NCBI GenBank assembly: GCA_963712115.1 | Contig: CAVQGX010000064.1 | Coordinates: 1-45,055, forward strand | Direction of reading: 5' to 3' | Source: an uncultured delta proteobacterium | GTDB lineage: Bacteria > Desulfobacterota > Syntrophobacteria > BM002 | DNA length: 45,055 nucleotides | Shown here: in pieces, positions 20,523 to 30,839 of the stretch | Layout of the letters: every line of letters starts with the position of its first letter | How positions within the stretch are numbered: the first letter of the stretch is position 1 | Notes under the pieces: generated by a model | The model's database searches: none | Told to the model about the DNA's origin: nothing | The model's input: the letters and a program-made list of their open reading frames with translations, nothing else | Made by a program: the position numbers and the translations under genes

Positions 20523-21023
20523 ATGCAGAATCTATGGGCGCCGTGGCGAATGGACTACATTTTGGGCGACCGGCCGAAAGGCTGCATTTTTTGTCCAGAG
20601 GGCAACGGCAAAAGTGATGAAGAACGGCTCCTGCTGTATAGAGGAGACCGTTCCATGGTTGTAATGAACCGTTTCCCTTACAATAATGGCCATCTTCTCG
20701 TGGCTCCTTGGAAACACACATCTTCATTGGATGGCCTCAAAGACGAGGAACTGTTTGACTTAGTTCGAACGGTCCGGTGGTCGGTGGCCGTACTCCGCGA
20801 AACCATGAGTCCAGACGCGTTTAATGTGGGACTCAACCTCGGTACGGTGGCAGGAGCAGGCGTGGAAGCCCATGTCCATTTCCACATTGTGCCAAGGTGG
20901 AATGGTGACACGAGCTTCATGACGGTTTTGGCTGAGGTGCGCGTTGTTCCAGAGCATCTCCAACAGACCTATGAAAGGCTACTCCCCTATTTCGAAAAGG
21001 AGAAATTGAATGAAACCAGTTAA
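20523..21023 (+). CDS. HIT-family protein (Ap4A phosphorylase/FHIT-like)
   Basis: LWAPWRMDYI, CIFC, NRFPYNNGH, triad HVHFH. Confidence 0.9.
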   Translation: MQNLWAPWRMDYILGDRPKGCIFCPEGNGKSDEERLLLYRGDRSMVVMNRFPYNNGHLLVAPWKHTSSLDGLKDEELFDLVRTVRWSVAVLRETMSPDAFNVGLNLGTVAGAGVEAHVHFHIVPRWNGDTSFMTVLAEVRVVPEHLQQTYERLLPYFEKEKLNETS

Positions 21024-21387
21024 GTGGGTGGTTTTGTTGCTCTTGATAGTCTTACTGATTGTTTTCCTCATTCAGAACATCGACGCGATTCTTGCCCCAA
21101 CCACCTTCGAGTTCAAACTGTTTGGACTTCTGCACGTCAGCTCAAAGCCCATCCCCCTTTATGGTCTGATTCTGGGTTCTATTTTTGGGGGTGGCTTAAT
21201 GACTGCCATTTACCTTGGCTTGGGCAACTTCCGTTTACGCAGTTCCCTCCGATCCCTTCAAAAACAGAAGAACAGCCTCCAAGAAGAACTCAAATCCCTG
21301 CGCAACCTGCCGATCACTGAGGGGGAGGTGGTGGCCAGTCAGCCTGCAGAGACTCCTGGCACTAATTATGCGGAGGAAGCCGAATAG
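21010..21387 (+). CDS. lapA: LapA family membrane protein
   Basis: TM-FLIQN-TM-coiled coil; directly upstream of lapB. Confidence 0.75.
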   Translation: MKPVKWVVLLLLIVLLIVFLIQNIDAILAPTTFEFKLFGLLHVSSKPIPLYGLILGSIFGGGLMTAIYLGLGNFRLRSSLRSLQKQKNSLQEELKSLRNLPITEGEVVASQPAETPGTNYAEEAE

Positions 21388-21415
21388 GCAAAAACCGGGT
21401 AAACTGGCGTGATGG

Positions 21416-22627
21416 ATGGATGCGAACACCCTACATATTGGGGGAATCGAATTTAATATTTTCGCCCTTTTGGGTATTATAGCCAGCTTGGGCCTTGTCA
21501 TAGGCTATTTCCTCGGTAGACGCAAACAATTCACTGATTCTTCGCTAAAGCAGTCAAGCCCACCAGAAGACTACTCAGTCTTTCTTAAAGGCATCCAGTA
21601 CATTCTTGCCAATGAGACCGACCAGGCCATCGAGGCTTTTAGCAGGGCAGTACAGATAAACTCTGAGACCATTGAGACCTACGTAACCTTGGGGAATCTC
21701 TTCCGGGTAAAGGGAGAAATAGACAGAGCTATCCGCATAAGGCAATCCATTCTTTTGAGGGAAAAGGTAGATCAGGAAACGAAACTACAGGCCCTCTTCG
21801 ATATGGGAATGGATTACAAGCAAGGTGGCTTTTTGCAGCGAGCGATCTCGACTTTCGAAGAGGTGATTCGCCGCGCTCCGAAAAGGTTGGACGCTTACAA
21901 AGAACTGGAAGGTCTCTACGAGGCCACACATGATTGGCAACGGGCTTATGAACTGCAAAAAGAGATTCGCAAATTGAGCAATACGAATAATCAGCACATT
22001 ATGGCTCATTTGAAAACAGAGCAAGCCAAGGTTGAAATGGAGAAGGGTAATCTGGATAGTGCTAATGCCAATCTGAAAAAGGCATTATCTCTGGATTCCA
22101 CATGTGTGGACGCCAGCTTGCAGTTAGGGTCTCTCTACTGGTTAAAGAACAAAAAGAAGAAAGCACTGGCCATTTGGAAAAAACTAGTTAAAAACAACCC
22201 CAGGTGGGCTCACCTTATTCTCATTCGTCTAGAGGAGCAAGACGGGATGGTGGGTGATGAGGCTAAGGTGTTGGAATTTATTGAAAAAATTGCAGAAGAG
22301 AATTTGGATGCTTTAGCTCGGTTGGCTCTGGCCCGCTGCTTTATGAAACGTGACAAGAGAGAGCAGGGCCTCGCATCTCTGAGGCGAGCCTTGGAGATAA
22401 AACCTGATCTGGGAGAAGCGCGCAAGATATTGGGTGAGGTGTTGTTGGAAAAGGGCGATGAACAGGGTGCACTATCTGAGTACCGTAGTCTTCTTGGCCA
22501 CCTCGGGCCGGTTACCAAGAGCTATCGCTGCCAACAGTGCGGGCTGGAAAGTGACAACATTACCTGGAAGTGCCCCGGTTGCCATAATTGGGACACGGTT
22601 CAACCCAGGAAGATCGCCAGTGAATGA
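21416..22627 (+). CDS. lapB: LPS assembly protein B (TPR + rubredoxin-like)
   Basis: N-terminal TM, LGNLFRVKGEIDRAIRIRQ, C-terminal CQQCG...WKCPGCHNW. Confidence 0.88.
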   Translation: MDANTLHIGGIEFNIFALLGIIASLGLVIGYFLGRRKQFTDSSLKQSSPPEDYSVFLKGIQYILANETDQAIEAFSRAVQINSETIETYVTLGNLFRVKGEIDRAIRIRQSILLREKVDQETKLQALFDMGMDYKQGGFLQRAISTFEEVIRRAPKRLDAYKELEGLYEATHDWQRAYELQKEIRKLSNTNNQHIMAHLKTEQAKVEMEKGNLDSANANLKKALSLDSTCVDASLQLGSLYWLKNKKKKALAIWKKLVKNNPRWAHLILIRLEEQDGMVGDEAKVLEFIEKIAEENLDALARLALARCFMKRDKREQGLASLRRALEIKPDLGEARKILGEVLLEKGDEQGALSEYRSLLGHLGPVTKSYRCQQCGLESDNITWKCPGCHNWDTVQPRKIASE

Positions 22628-22725
22628 TATTTAGGGTTTTTAGATTGCGGATTTCGGATCGATTTGGATTTTAAGGGGCGAATTAAAGTAATAAGCCCTT
22701 TAAATATAATTTGAGGATGAGTTAG

Positions 22726-22753
22726 AGCCACGTCCTGTGGACGTGGATTTTTT
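22726..22753 (+). terminator. Hairpin plus T-tract before mutS, related to the hairpin at 7891-7917
   Basis: CCACGTCC-TGT-GGACGTGG followed by ATTTTTT. Confidence 0.45.
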
Positions 22754-22772
22754 CTATTGAGGTAGCTCCAAC

Positions 22773-25388
22773 ATGAGTAAAGTCACCCCCATGATCCAAC
22801 AATACCTGGAAATCAAAGGGAACTATAAAGACGCCATACTCTTCTACCGCATGGGGGATTTCTACGAAATGTTTTTTGAGGATGCCGTGGTTGCCTCTCG
22901 AGAACTTGAGATTACCCTTACCTCTCGGGACAAACAAGCGGAAGATCCAATCCCTATGTGTGGCGTACCTCACCATGCAGTGGACGCTTACATTGCCAAG
23001 CTTCTGGAGAGGGATTACAAAGTGGCCTTGTGTGAACAGGTTGAAGATCCTCGTCAGGCAAAGGGATTAGTCCGCCGTGAGGTGGTTCGAGTGATCACAC
23101 CGGGAACTCTTTTGGACAGTCTGGATGGCAAGAGTCCCAATTATCTCGCCGCTGTTCATCTTTCCTCTGGAGACAAATGCGGCTTGGCATTCCTGGATCT
23201 TTCGACTGCTGACTTTCGTATGACCCAAACTGAGAGCATCACATGGCTTCTCGCAGAATTGGGAAGGGTGGAACCTCGGGAGCTCCTGGTGGCTGAGGAC
23301 ACTGAGTTCGATTCAACCTGGTGGCGTGCTCAGGTTGGAGAATGTGTTGTGCAAGTATTAGAGCCGGAGTCTTTTGAATTCTCTAGAGCACATCAGAGGC
23401 TTCTTGATCAGTTTCAGGTGCACTCCCTGGAGGGTTTTGGCATCAGGAATCTCCCATTGGCCGTAAGCGCTGCCGGAGCAATTCTCGACTATGTGAAGCG
23501 AACCCAACTTCAGGCCGCCAAGCATATTCAAAGAGTTGTTCCCTACCACCGCAGCGATTATATGATCTTAGACGAGGTTACTGCCCGCCATTTGGAACTT
23601 TTCCGTTCCTGGTACGATGGCAGCCGCAGAGGCACCCTCCTGGAACTTTTGGACAGAACGGTCACCTCCATGGGAGGTCGGTTGCTGAGGGCTTGGATGC
23701 ATTATCCTCTGATCCAAGTAGAGGCCATTGAAGCGCGCCAGGATGCTATTAGCTGCTTTCGTGAGCATGAAGCTATTCGTGCCCAGGTGCGCCAAGAACT
23801 GGAGAGAGTTTACGATTTGGAGCGTCTTAACAGTAGGGTCGCTATGGGGTCAGCCACCCCGCGGGATCTTGCCGCCTTGAGGCGGTCTTTTCACTCTCTA
23901 CCTCGAATTAAGCATCTACTGAGCTATCTAGAAGATCGGACCCTGTCTGAACTGACAAATAGATTGGACCCCTTGGAAGATCTCGCCGAGTTGCTCCAGG
24001 AAGCCCTCATTGATAACCCTCCGCCGACTTTGGCAGAAGGCGGCTTAATCCGCCCGGGCTACAACGAGGAACTGGATCGGCTACTCAGTCTTAGTCGAGA
24101 CGCCAAGAAGTGGATTGCTCAACTAGAAGCAGAGGAGCGACAGAAAACATCCATTGGCACGCTAAAGGTGGGCTATAATAAGGTCTTTGGCTACTACCTG
24201 GAAGTTTCAAAGGCCAACCAGGGTTCAGTGCCGGACCGATACATACGCAAGCAAACTCTGGTCAACGCAGAGCGTTATATTACGGAAGAGCTAAAGGAGT
24301 ACGAGATCCAAGTACTAAATGCGGACGAAAAGAGAATTCGCCTTGAAGAAGAACTCTTTCTGGCACTCCGTGCTAAAGTTGCCAGCCATGGCAAGCGCAT
24401 TCAATCAACAGCCTCTGTGATAGCAGAACTAGACGTATTTGCAGCTCTGGCCGAGGTCGCCAATCAGAGAAACTACTGCCGGCCTCAAATAGAAGATGGA
24501 GCCGAAATCAATATCAAAGAGGGGCGCCATCCCATGGTGGAGGCAGCCCAACCCCAAGGCAGTTTTGTTCCAAATGATATGGCCCTGGATGATGTTAGCC
24601 AACAGATTATAATCATCACGGGACCCAATATGGCAGGGAAGTCCACCGTTCTTAGACAGGTGGCGCTTATTGTTCTCATTGCACAGATGGGAGCACCCGT
24701 GCCTGCAAGCTCTGCTAGGATAGGAGTTGTAGACCGCATTTTTACCAGGGTAGGTGCCACCGACGAATTGACCCGGGGAAGGAGCACCTTTATGGTTGAG
24801 ATGCAAGAGACTGCCCATATCCTTCATCAGGCTTCGGACAGGAGTTTGGTGATTCTAGATGAAATTGGCCGAGGAACGAGTACCTTTGATGGCTTGAGCA
24901 TCGCCTGGGCAGTGGCCGAATTTCTCCATAACTGGCAGGGAAAGGGAGTCAAAACCCTTTTCGCTACCCATTATCATGAACTAACAGATCTTGCTGCCAC
25001 TGGGCCGCGGGTCAAGAATATGAACGTGGCGGTTAAGGAGTGGGGGGAGAAGATTATTTTTCTTCGAAAGCTGGTGGAAGGCGGCACTAATCGCAGTTAT
25101 GGCATTCAAGTGGCACGGCTTGCAGGATTACCGCCGGAGGTTGTGGAAAGAGCCAAACAAGTGCTTCGACACCTGGAGGAAGAGACTACAGACGTGGAAG
25201 GTTTGCCCCGCCTCGCCCGCTCTGCCTCCGGTAACCAGGACGAACCGCTTCAGCTCTCTCTTTTCCGACAGTCTGACCAGAAGCTTCGCCGCCGTCTTCA
25301 AAAGTTGAACATAGAGCAACTAACTCCTATTGAAGCTCTCAACGAGCTTGCCAGGCTGCGGGAAATAGTAGGTGAAGAATCATCTTAG
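22773..25388 (+). CDS. mutS: DNA mismatch repair protein MutS1
   Basis: TPMIQQY, GDFYEMF, GPNMAGKST, STFMVEM, DEIGRGTST, C-terminal QLSLF. Confidence 0.98.
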   Translation: MSKVTPMIQQYLEIKGNYKDAILFYRMGDFYEMFFEDAVVASRELEITLTSRDKQAEDPIPMCGVPHHAVDAYIAKLLERDYKVALCEQVEDPRQAKGLVRREVVRVITPGTLLDSLDGKSPNYLAAVHLSSGDKCGLAFLDLSTADFRMTQTESITWLLAELGRVEPRELLVAEDTEFDSTWWRAQVGECVVQVLEPESFEFSRAHQRLLDQFQVHSLEGFGIRNLPLAVSAAGAILDYVKRTQLQAAKHIQRVVPYHRSDYMILDEVTARHLELFRSWYDGSRRGTLLELLDRTVTSMGGRLLRAWMHYPLIQVEAIEARQDAISCFREHEAIRAQVRQELERVYDLERLNSRVAMGSATPRDLAALRRSFHSLPRIKHLLSYLEDRTLSELTNRLDPLEDLAELLQEALIDNPPPTLAEGGLIRPGYNEELDRLLSLSRDAKKWIAQLEAEERQKTSIGTLKVGYNKVFGYYLEVSKANQGSVPDRYIRKQTLVNAERYITEELKEYEIQVLNADEKRIRLEEELFLALRAKVASHGKRIQSTASVIAELDVFAALAEVANQRNYCRPQIEDGAEINIKEGRHPMVEAAQPQGSFVPNDMALDDVSQQIIIITGPNMAGKSTVLRQVALIVLIAQMGAPVPASSARIGVVDRIFTRVGATDELTRGRSTFMVEMQETAHILHQASDRSLVILDEIGRGTSTFDGLSIAWAVAEFLHNWQGKGVKTLFATHYHELTDLAATGPRVKNMNVAVKEWGEKIIFLRKLVEGGTNRSYGIQVARLAGLPPEVVERAKQVLRHLEEETTDVEGLPRLARSASGNQDEPLQLSLFRQSDQKLRRRLQKLNIEQLTPIEALNELARLREIVGEESS

Positions 25389-25469
25389 ATTTCACATTGC
25401 AGATTGCAGATTGCCGACTGAATTATGGCGAGCTTTTGAATCTTAAATCTCAAATCATAAATCTTAAAT
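25386..25469. repeat. Inverted 7-mer tandem repeat pair
   Basis: TAGATTTCACATTGCAGATTGCAGATTG ... AATCTTAAATCTCAAATCATAAATCTTAAAT. Confidence 0.65.
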
Positions 25470-25497
25470 AAAACTTTGAGGTGTTCCGGCCCTGACT

Positions 25498-27195
25498 ATG
25501 CATTGTCGTAGACCAAAACCGCAGAGATTCGTCTGGATGATTATCTTCCTGTTTCTCCTAGGAGAGACGGTTCTATCCCTTGCTCCTGCCTACGGGGCGA
25601 ACAGTGATTATCTAAAGCAAGCCAAGGATTGTTCCAGGGGGCTCTACCGTTCAAAAAAGCGGATGAAATATCGGGACCAGTGGTTGCGCTGTATTCAAGC
25701 CTACGAAAAATACTACCAGAAGTATCCCAGCGGACGTCAGGCAGATGAAGCTCTCTATGCAACGGCAAAATTGTACAAAGGTCTTTATGGGTTCTCTCGA
25801 AAATCAAGTGATTTGAACGAGTCCATCAGTAGGTTTAGGAAAGTTGTAAAGAGCTTTCCTAAGAGCAGGTTCGCCGATGATGCCCAATACCAATTAGGGG
25901 AAATCCATCGCAGTTACACACAAGACCTCGACCGGGCCTACGTCGAATACTTCAAAGTGGTTATGTATTTTCCTCAGGGTGATATGAAGCCGCGGGCAGA
26001 AAAGCGGCTTGCTGAATTGGAAGCCAGAATGGGCAACCGAAAAGCCCCACCAGACCTACCGGGCTTGCCTGATTTAGAACCTTCATCCAAGGGTGGACTG
26101 GCAAGGGTTAATGAAATTCGTCACTGGTCTGCTCAAGACTACACCAGAATCGTCATTGATGTAAATGGACAGGTAGATTACGCCAGCCATTTGTTAAGGC
26201 GCGATCCTTCTCTGGGAAAACCGCCCAGGCTTTATATCGATCTTGAAAACTCGACCCTGGATTCATCTTTCTCTGGAGACATATCCATAGGGGATGGTCT
26301 GTTGCGGAAGGTACGAGCGGGCCAGTACAAGCCCAAGGTGGTGCGGGTAGTGCTGGATATTGAATCCATCGAAGACCATAAGATTTTTTCTCTGAGCGAC
26401 CCATTCCGCATAGTTATCGACGTTACAGGTGAGAGTAGAAAAAGGCTGCCGCCTCCTGAAAAGGGCAAGACTCCCAGTCTTACCTTGGCCCAGCAGCTGG
26501 GGCTGGGAGTGAAGAAAGTTGTTATCGACCCTGGCCATGGAGGCAAGGATCCGGGGGCTGTGGGCCCATCTGGTGTTATGGAGAAAGATGTCGTACTGGG
26601 GATTGCCTTGAGACTGCAAGAGAAGATCAGGGCAAGACTTAATTTGGATGCCATTCTCACCAGAAGTTCAGACAGATTCCTGCCGTTGGAGGAACGTACA
26701 GCTCTGGCCAATACCCAAAAGGCGGATCTTTTTGTTTCCATCCACACCAACGCCCATAAGAATAGACGTGTCTACGGCATCTCTACCTATATACTCAACG
26801 TTGCCACCGACGAAGAGGCGGCGCGGGTGGCGGCCTTTGAAAATGCCGTCTCAGCGAAACGTATTAGTGACTTGGAGAAGATTCTTAACGATCTGATGCT
26901 GAACTCGAAGATTAATGAATCAAGTCGCCTGGCGGATGCGGTCCAACAAGGTTTGATCAAGGGTTTGCCGAGGAACTACAGTAGAATCAAGGATCTCGGA
27001 GTAAAGCAGGCTCCTTTCTATGTCCTGATTGGTGCGCGGATGCCATCGATCATGGTGGAGACTTCGTTCATAACCAACAGTTGGGAAGAGAAGCGGCTGG
27101 GTAGTGCTGCCTACCAGGAAGCGGTAGCTGAGGGAATTCTGGCGGGCATTCAGTCATACATCAGGCAAATAGAAGCTGTTCCCGGGAGAGGGTAG
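25498..27195 (+). CDS. amiC: N-acetylmuramoyl-L-alanine amidase (TPR + AMIN + Amidase_3)
   Basis: Signal peptide, TPR-like repeats, AMIN (YTRIVID, VRVVLD), IDPGHGGKDPGA, FVSIH, APFYVL. Confidence 0.88.
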   Translation: MHCRRPKPQRFVWMIIFLFLLGETVLSLAPAYGANSDYLKQAKDCSRGLYRSKKRMKYRDQWLRCIQAYEKYYQKYPSGRQADEALYATAKLYKGLYGFSRKSSDLNESISRFRKVVKSFPKSRFADDAQYQLGEIHRSYTQDLDRAYVEYFKVVMYFPQGDMKPRAEKRLAELEARMGNRKAPPDLPGLPDLEPSSKGGLARVNEIRHWSAQDYTRIVIDVNGQVDYASHLLRRDPSLGKPPRLYIDLENSTLDSSFSGDISIGDGLLRKVRAGQYKPKVVRVVLDIESIEDHKIFSLSDPFRIVIDVTGESRKRLPPPEKGKTPSLTLAQQLGLGVKKVVIDPGHGGKDPGAVGPSGVMEKDVVLGIALRLQEKIRARLNLDAILTRSSDRFLPLEERTALANTQKADLFVSIHTNAHKNRRVYGISTYILNVATDEEAARVAAFENAVSAKRISDLEKILNDLMLNSKINESSRLADAVQQGLIKGLPRNYSRIKDLGVKQAPFYVLIGARMPSIMVETSFITNSWEEKRLGSAAYQEAVAEGILAGIQSYIRQIEAVPGRG

Positions 27196-27239
27196 GGGAA
27201 CAACTCCGATTGCGGATTTAAAAAGGCTTAAAGCACTTT

Positions 27240-27456
27240 TCAGCTTGCAGCGGGCAGCAGGCAGCTTGCAGCCGTTAAACTAGGCACTAAGCACTAGACA
27301 CTAGGCACCACAAAGAAGTATTCAGTAGCGAGTAGTTGAGAGGAACCCAATTTTGATTGCCTTTCTCCTGAATTCTGGCTCCTTACTCTATGCTCCATGC
27401 CCTATGCTCAGTTCTACTGGCAACTGGATTCTTTGATTGTAGATTGAGGATTTCGG
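27240..27456. repeat. Stack of several different 7-mer tandem repeat arms
   Basis: (GCAGCTT/GCAGCAG)n, (ACTAGGC)n, (CTATGCT/CCATGCC)n and (GATTGTA/GATTGAG)n within 220 bp. Confidence 0.6.
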
Positions 27457-29460
27457 ATGGAAATTAAACCAGGGGCTAAAATAGAGTTCTTCGAGAGCAA
27501 GAGGCTCCTGTGCGCGGTCTGTTTGGAGGTGAAAAACAGCCGCCTTCTTGTCCTAACTGAGCAGGATCGCGAGGCTAATGTCTCGATGAAGAGAATTCTA
27601 CACATTGACGATGGGCTGCTAGACATAAGCCAGAGTCGAATACAATTGGTGGCCATTCTCCAGGAGGCGGCGGCGAGGCGCCAAAATCTAATGGGCCGTA
27701 TTTCTGTAGAAGAGTTATGGGATCTGCTGCACCAGGAAGAAGAGGGGTTCAATTGTCATGACTTGGCAGAAATATGTTTTAGTGAGGAGGTTACCTCAGA
27801 TCATACTTCTGCAGTGTTTAGAGCTCTTCTAACGGACTCCATACACTTTAAACTCAAGAGTGGCCTTTTCTATGCTAACAGCCCTAAGAAACTGAAGCAG
27901 ATACTGATTCAGCATGAGCGACAGGCCCAAAAAGAGAAAGAACTGGCTGAGGGTAGTTACTGGCTCGGAGCTGTGTGGAAGGGTGAACCAGTAACAGAGC
28001 CCGAGAATGGGGAACGCTACTTGCGAATGCTCACAGATTTTTGTCTCTTTGGTACGGAGGCATCTGACTACCAGCAGATTAAGAAAATTCTTGCCATGGC
28101 ACAAGTCCCTATACCCCAGGGAATTTTCCCACTTCTGGTGAAATTGGGCGTATGGAATGAAGATGAGAATCTCTATTTACATCGCTTTGGCATACAAGAA
28201 GACTTTCCGGCGGAAGTCCTCGATTGTGCGAATAAAATTGCAGAGGATTTGGGAAGTGATGGTGGTGAGTGGAGGGGCGATACCCGAGAGGACTTGAGTT
28301 CCTTGTCCATTTTTACCATTGACGGCCCCATGACCAGGGATTACGACGACGCCATTAGCATTCGTCCGGTGGAAAGCGGTGTTGAGGTGGGCATCCATAT
28401 TGCAGACGCGGCAGCTTTCGTTTTCCCCGATACGCCAGTAGATCTAGAAGCATTGGAACGGATCAACTCCCTTTATTTGCCTGACACTAAGGTTCCAATG
28501 CTGCCAACTATGCTTTCCGAGGATGTCTGTAGTCTCAGACAAGGTAAAAAGCGTTTGGCTACAAGTCTTTTGGTGCGCTTTGATGAGAATGATCAGTTGC
28601 AAGATTATCGATTCGCCGTGAGCCGAATTAGGGTTCAACGCCAACTTACCTATTCCGAGGCCAACGAATTGGTGACAGTAGAAGAGGAATTGGGGAGACT
28701 CTATCGCCTCTGCACCAGACTCCGACGCCGGAGAATTAAGCAAGGCGCCCTTTTGCTACCCTTGCCAGAACTGCGCGTTTGGGTCAACAGCAACAACGAG
28801 ATCAAAATTGCTACCTTGGATCGAGAGACGCCTGCCCAACTGGTAGTCTCCGAACTGATGATACTTGCCAATGGTTTGGCTGCCGAGACGCTGGCTGCCA
28901 AGAGCGTGCCTGCTATCTATCGAAGTCAGAGGAAGCCTCAGGAGATAGTGGTTGGTGAAGGCACTGATGATCTCTACCTAAACTATTTGCAGCGGCGTTA
29001 CCTGAGCCGCGCTGAATTGTCCATTGATCCCAAACCTCATAGCGGACTGGGCATGGCCGCATATACAAATTGGACGTCTCCCATTCGGCGCTACATGGAC
29101 TTGGTGATCCTGCGTCAGCTCAAGAGTGTATTACGGGGCAAGCCTCCGGTCTACACACCCGAGGTCCTCGATCCTATTATTTCCAGGATAACTATTGGGC
29201 AGAGTCGAACTTTACAGATCAAAAAGGAATGGACGAGATACTGGGTCCTCAAATATCTTGAAAGGCAACAGATCAAGTTTGTGGATGCGCTGGTGTTGAA
29301 TCAGGGCCGGAGAACTTATAACTTGTTAATACCAGAGTATCTCCTGGAAGCCAGCATGCCTCTGGAAGAGGGCAGGGGACTCAATCCTGGAGATCATTTT
29401 CGCGTAGAAGTAGTGAAAGCAGATGCCAGAGAGGAAGTTCTGAAGTTGAGGATGGCCTAA
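27457..29460 (+). CDS. rnb: RNB-domain exoribonuclease (RNase II family)
   Basis: TIDGPMTRDYDDA catalytic motif, GIHIAD, ELMILAN, TSPIRRYMD. Confidence 0.9.
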   Translation: MEIKPGAKIEFFESKRLLCAVCLEVKNSRLLVLTEQDREANVSMKRILHIDDGLLDISQSRIQLVAILQEAAARRQNLMGRISVEELWDLLHQEEEGFNCHDLAEICFSEEVTSDHTSAVFRALLTDSIHFKLKSGLFYANSPKKLKQILIQHERQAQKEKELAEGSYWLGAVWKGEPVTEPENGERYLRMLTDFCLFGTEASDYQQIKKILAMAQVPIPQGIFPLLVKLGVWNEDENLYLHRFGIQEDFPAEVLDCANKIAEDLGSDGGEWRGDTREDLSSLSIFTIDGPMTRDYDDAISIRPVESGVEVGIHIADAAAFVFPDTPVDLEALERINSLYLPDTKVPMLPTMLSEDVCSLRQGKKRLATSLLVRFDENDQLQDYRFAVSRIRVQRQLTYSEANELVTVEEELGRLYRLCTRLRRRRIKQGALLLPLPELRVWVNSNNEIKIATLDRETPAQLVVSELMILANGLAAETLAAKSVPAIYRSQRKPQEIVVGEGTDDLYLNYLQRRYLSRAELSIDPKPHSGLGMAAYTNWTSPIRRYMDLVILRQLKSVLRGKPPVYTPEVLDPIISRITIGQSRTLQIKKEWTRYWVLKYLERQQIKFVDALVLNQGRRTYNLLIPEYLLEASMPLEEGRGLNPGDHFRVEVVKADAREEVLKLRMA

Positions 29461-29544
29461 GTTACAAGCTGCAATAAGGCAGCCGGCACTGGACAATTCA
29501 ACCGTGAAACCGGACTTAGTGTTCTGCTAGCTGTCAGCTGCCTG

Positions 29545-30652
29545 CTATTTTTCTGCGCCTCCCTCCTGTAAAAGATATGCCTCTATAAGTTCATCTAAAT
29601 CACCATCAAGTACTGCATCGACATTTCCTTTTTCCACATGTGTCCGGTGATCCTTTACCATGCGATAGGGGTGGAGCACATAAGAGCGGATTTGACTACC
29701 CCAGGAAATATTTTCAAGAGAGTCATGGATCTCCTGCAACTTATCTGACTGCAGCTGCTGTTCTCGCTCGTAGAGACGGGAGCGCAGGACCTTCATGGCC
29801 ATTTCTCTGTTACGGTGCTGCGATTTTTCGTTCTGACACTGAACCACTATACCCGTGGGCAGATGGGTTATGCGGACAGCAGAGTCAGTCTTGTTAACAT
29901 GCTGCCCCCCAGAACCACTGGACCTAAAAGTATCAATCTTGAGATCTGCGCTCTTGAGATCAATGACTATCTCATCTTCCACCTGCGGGTAAACGAAGAC
30001 TGCAGCGAAAGAGGTGTGGCGTCGACCGCTGGCGTCAAATGGAGATATACGCACCAATCTGTGAATACCCTTCTCGGCTTTTAGGAAGCCGTAAGCATAG
30101 CGGCCGCTGGATGTAAAGGTCGCGCTTTTTATCCCAGCCTCTTCGCCGGGCTGCAGGTCGATAATCTGGTTCTTGAAGTCCTGTTTTTCAGTCCAGCGCA
30201 AATACATGCGCAGAAGCATCTCCGCCCAGTCCTGTGCTTCAGTACCTCCGGCACCTGCGTTTATGCTCACTATCGCATCAAGAGGATCATCTGTCCCCCC
30301 AAGCATCCGTTGAAATTCTTGAGCCGAAACTTCCGCATCAATTGCCTTGAGTTTCCCGGCAATCTCGACGAGCTCCTGTTGATCGTCCTCTTCGAGGGCT
30401 AAATCAAAGAGAATCGCCGCATCTTCCAATTCACTGCTGAGCCGCTTAAATTTCTCAAGTGTTTCCGAGAGGACAGCCCGCTCCTTCAAGACTTCACGCT
30501 GTTGGTCCGGGTTGTCCCAAAAACCTTCTTTGGATATTATGGCTTCTATTTCTTTTAAACGGTGGGATTTTTCGGGTATGTCAAAGATGACCTCGCAGGT
30601 CTTCAAGGCGGCTGAGGAGTTCTTCAATTTGTAATTTTGACGGAGAACCCAT
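29545..30652 (-). CDS. prfB: Peptide chain release factor 2 with programmed +1 frameshift
   Basis: ATG at 30652 after AAGGAG; MGSPSKLQIEELLSRLEDLRGHL then CTT-TGA-C (30586-30580); SPF and GGQ motifs in the second frame. Confidence 0.97.
30580..30595 (-). promoter_or_regulatory. RF2 autoregulatory frameshift site
   Basis: CGAGGT-CAT-CTT-TGA-C: internal SD-like sequence 3 nt before the slippery CTT TGA. Confidence 0.93.
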
Positions 30653-30839
30653 GAATCTCTCTCCTTTGCTCACGGGAGTGATGTTACAACTACAGTGAAG
30701 CATAATTTGTTTAATTTGTACAGTTCATTTGTAAAGTTAAAACTTTAAAAGTTTAACCTACAGAAGGTTTCAGTATTCAGGTTTCAGCTTTTGTGTTTCT
30801 TTTCCCTGACACCTGAGATTTGCTGCTTGGAAATTGATA

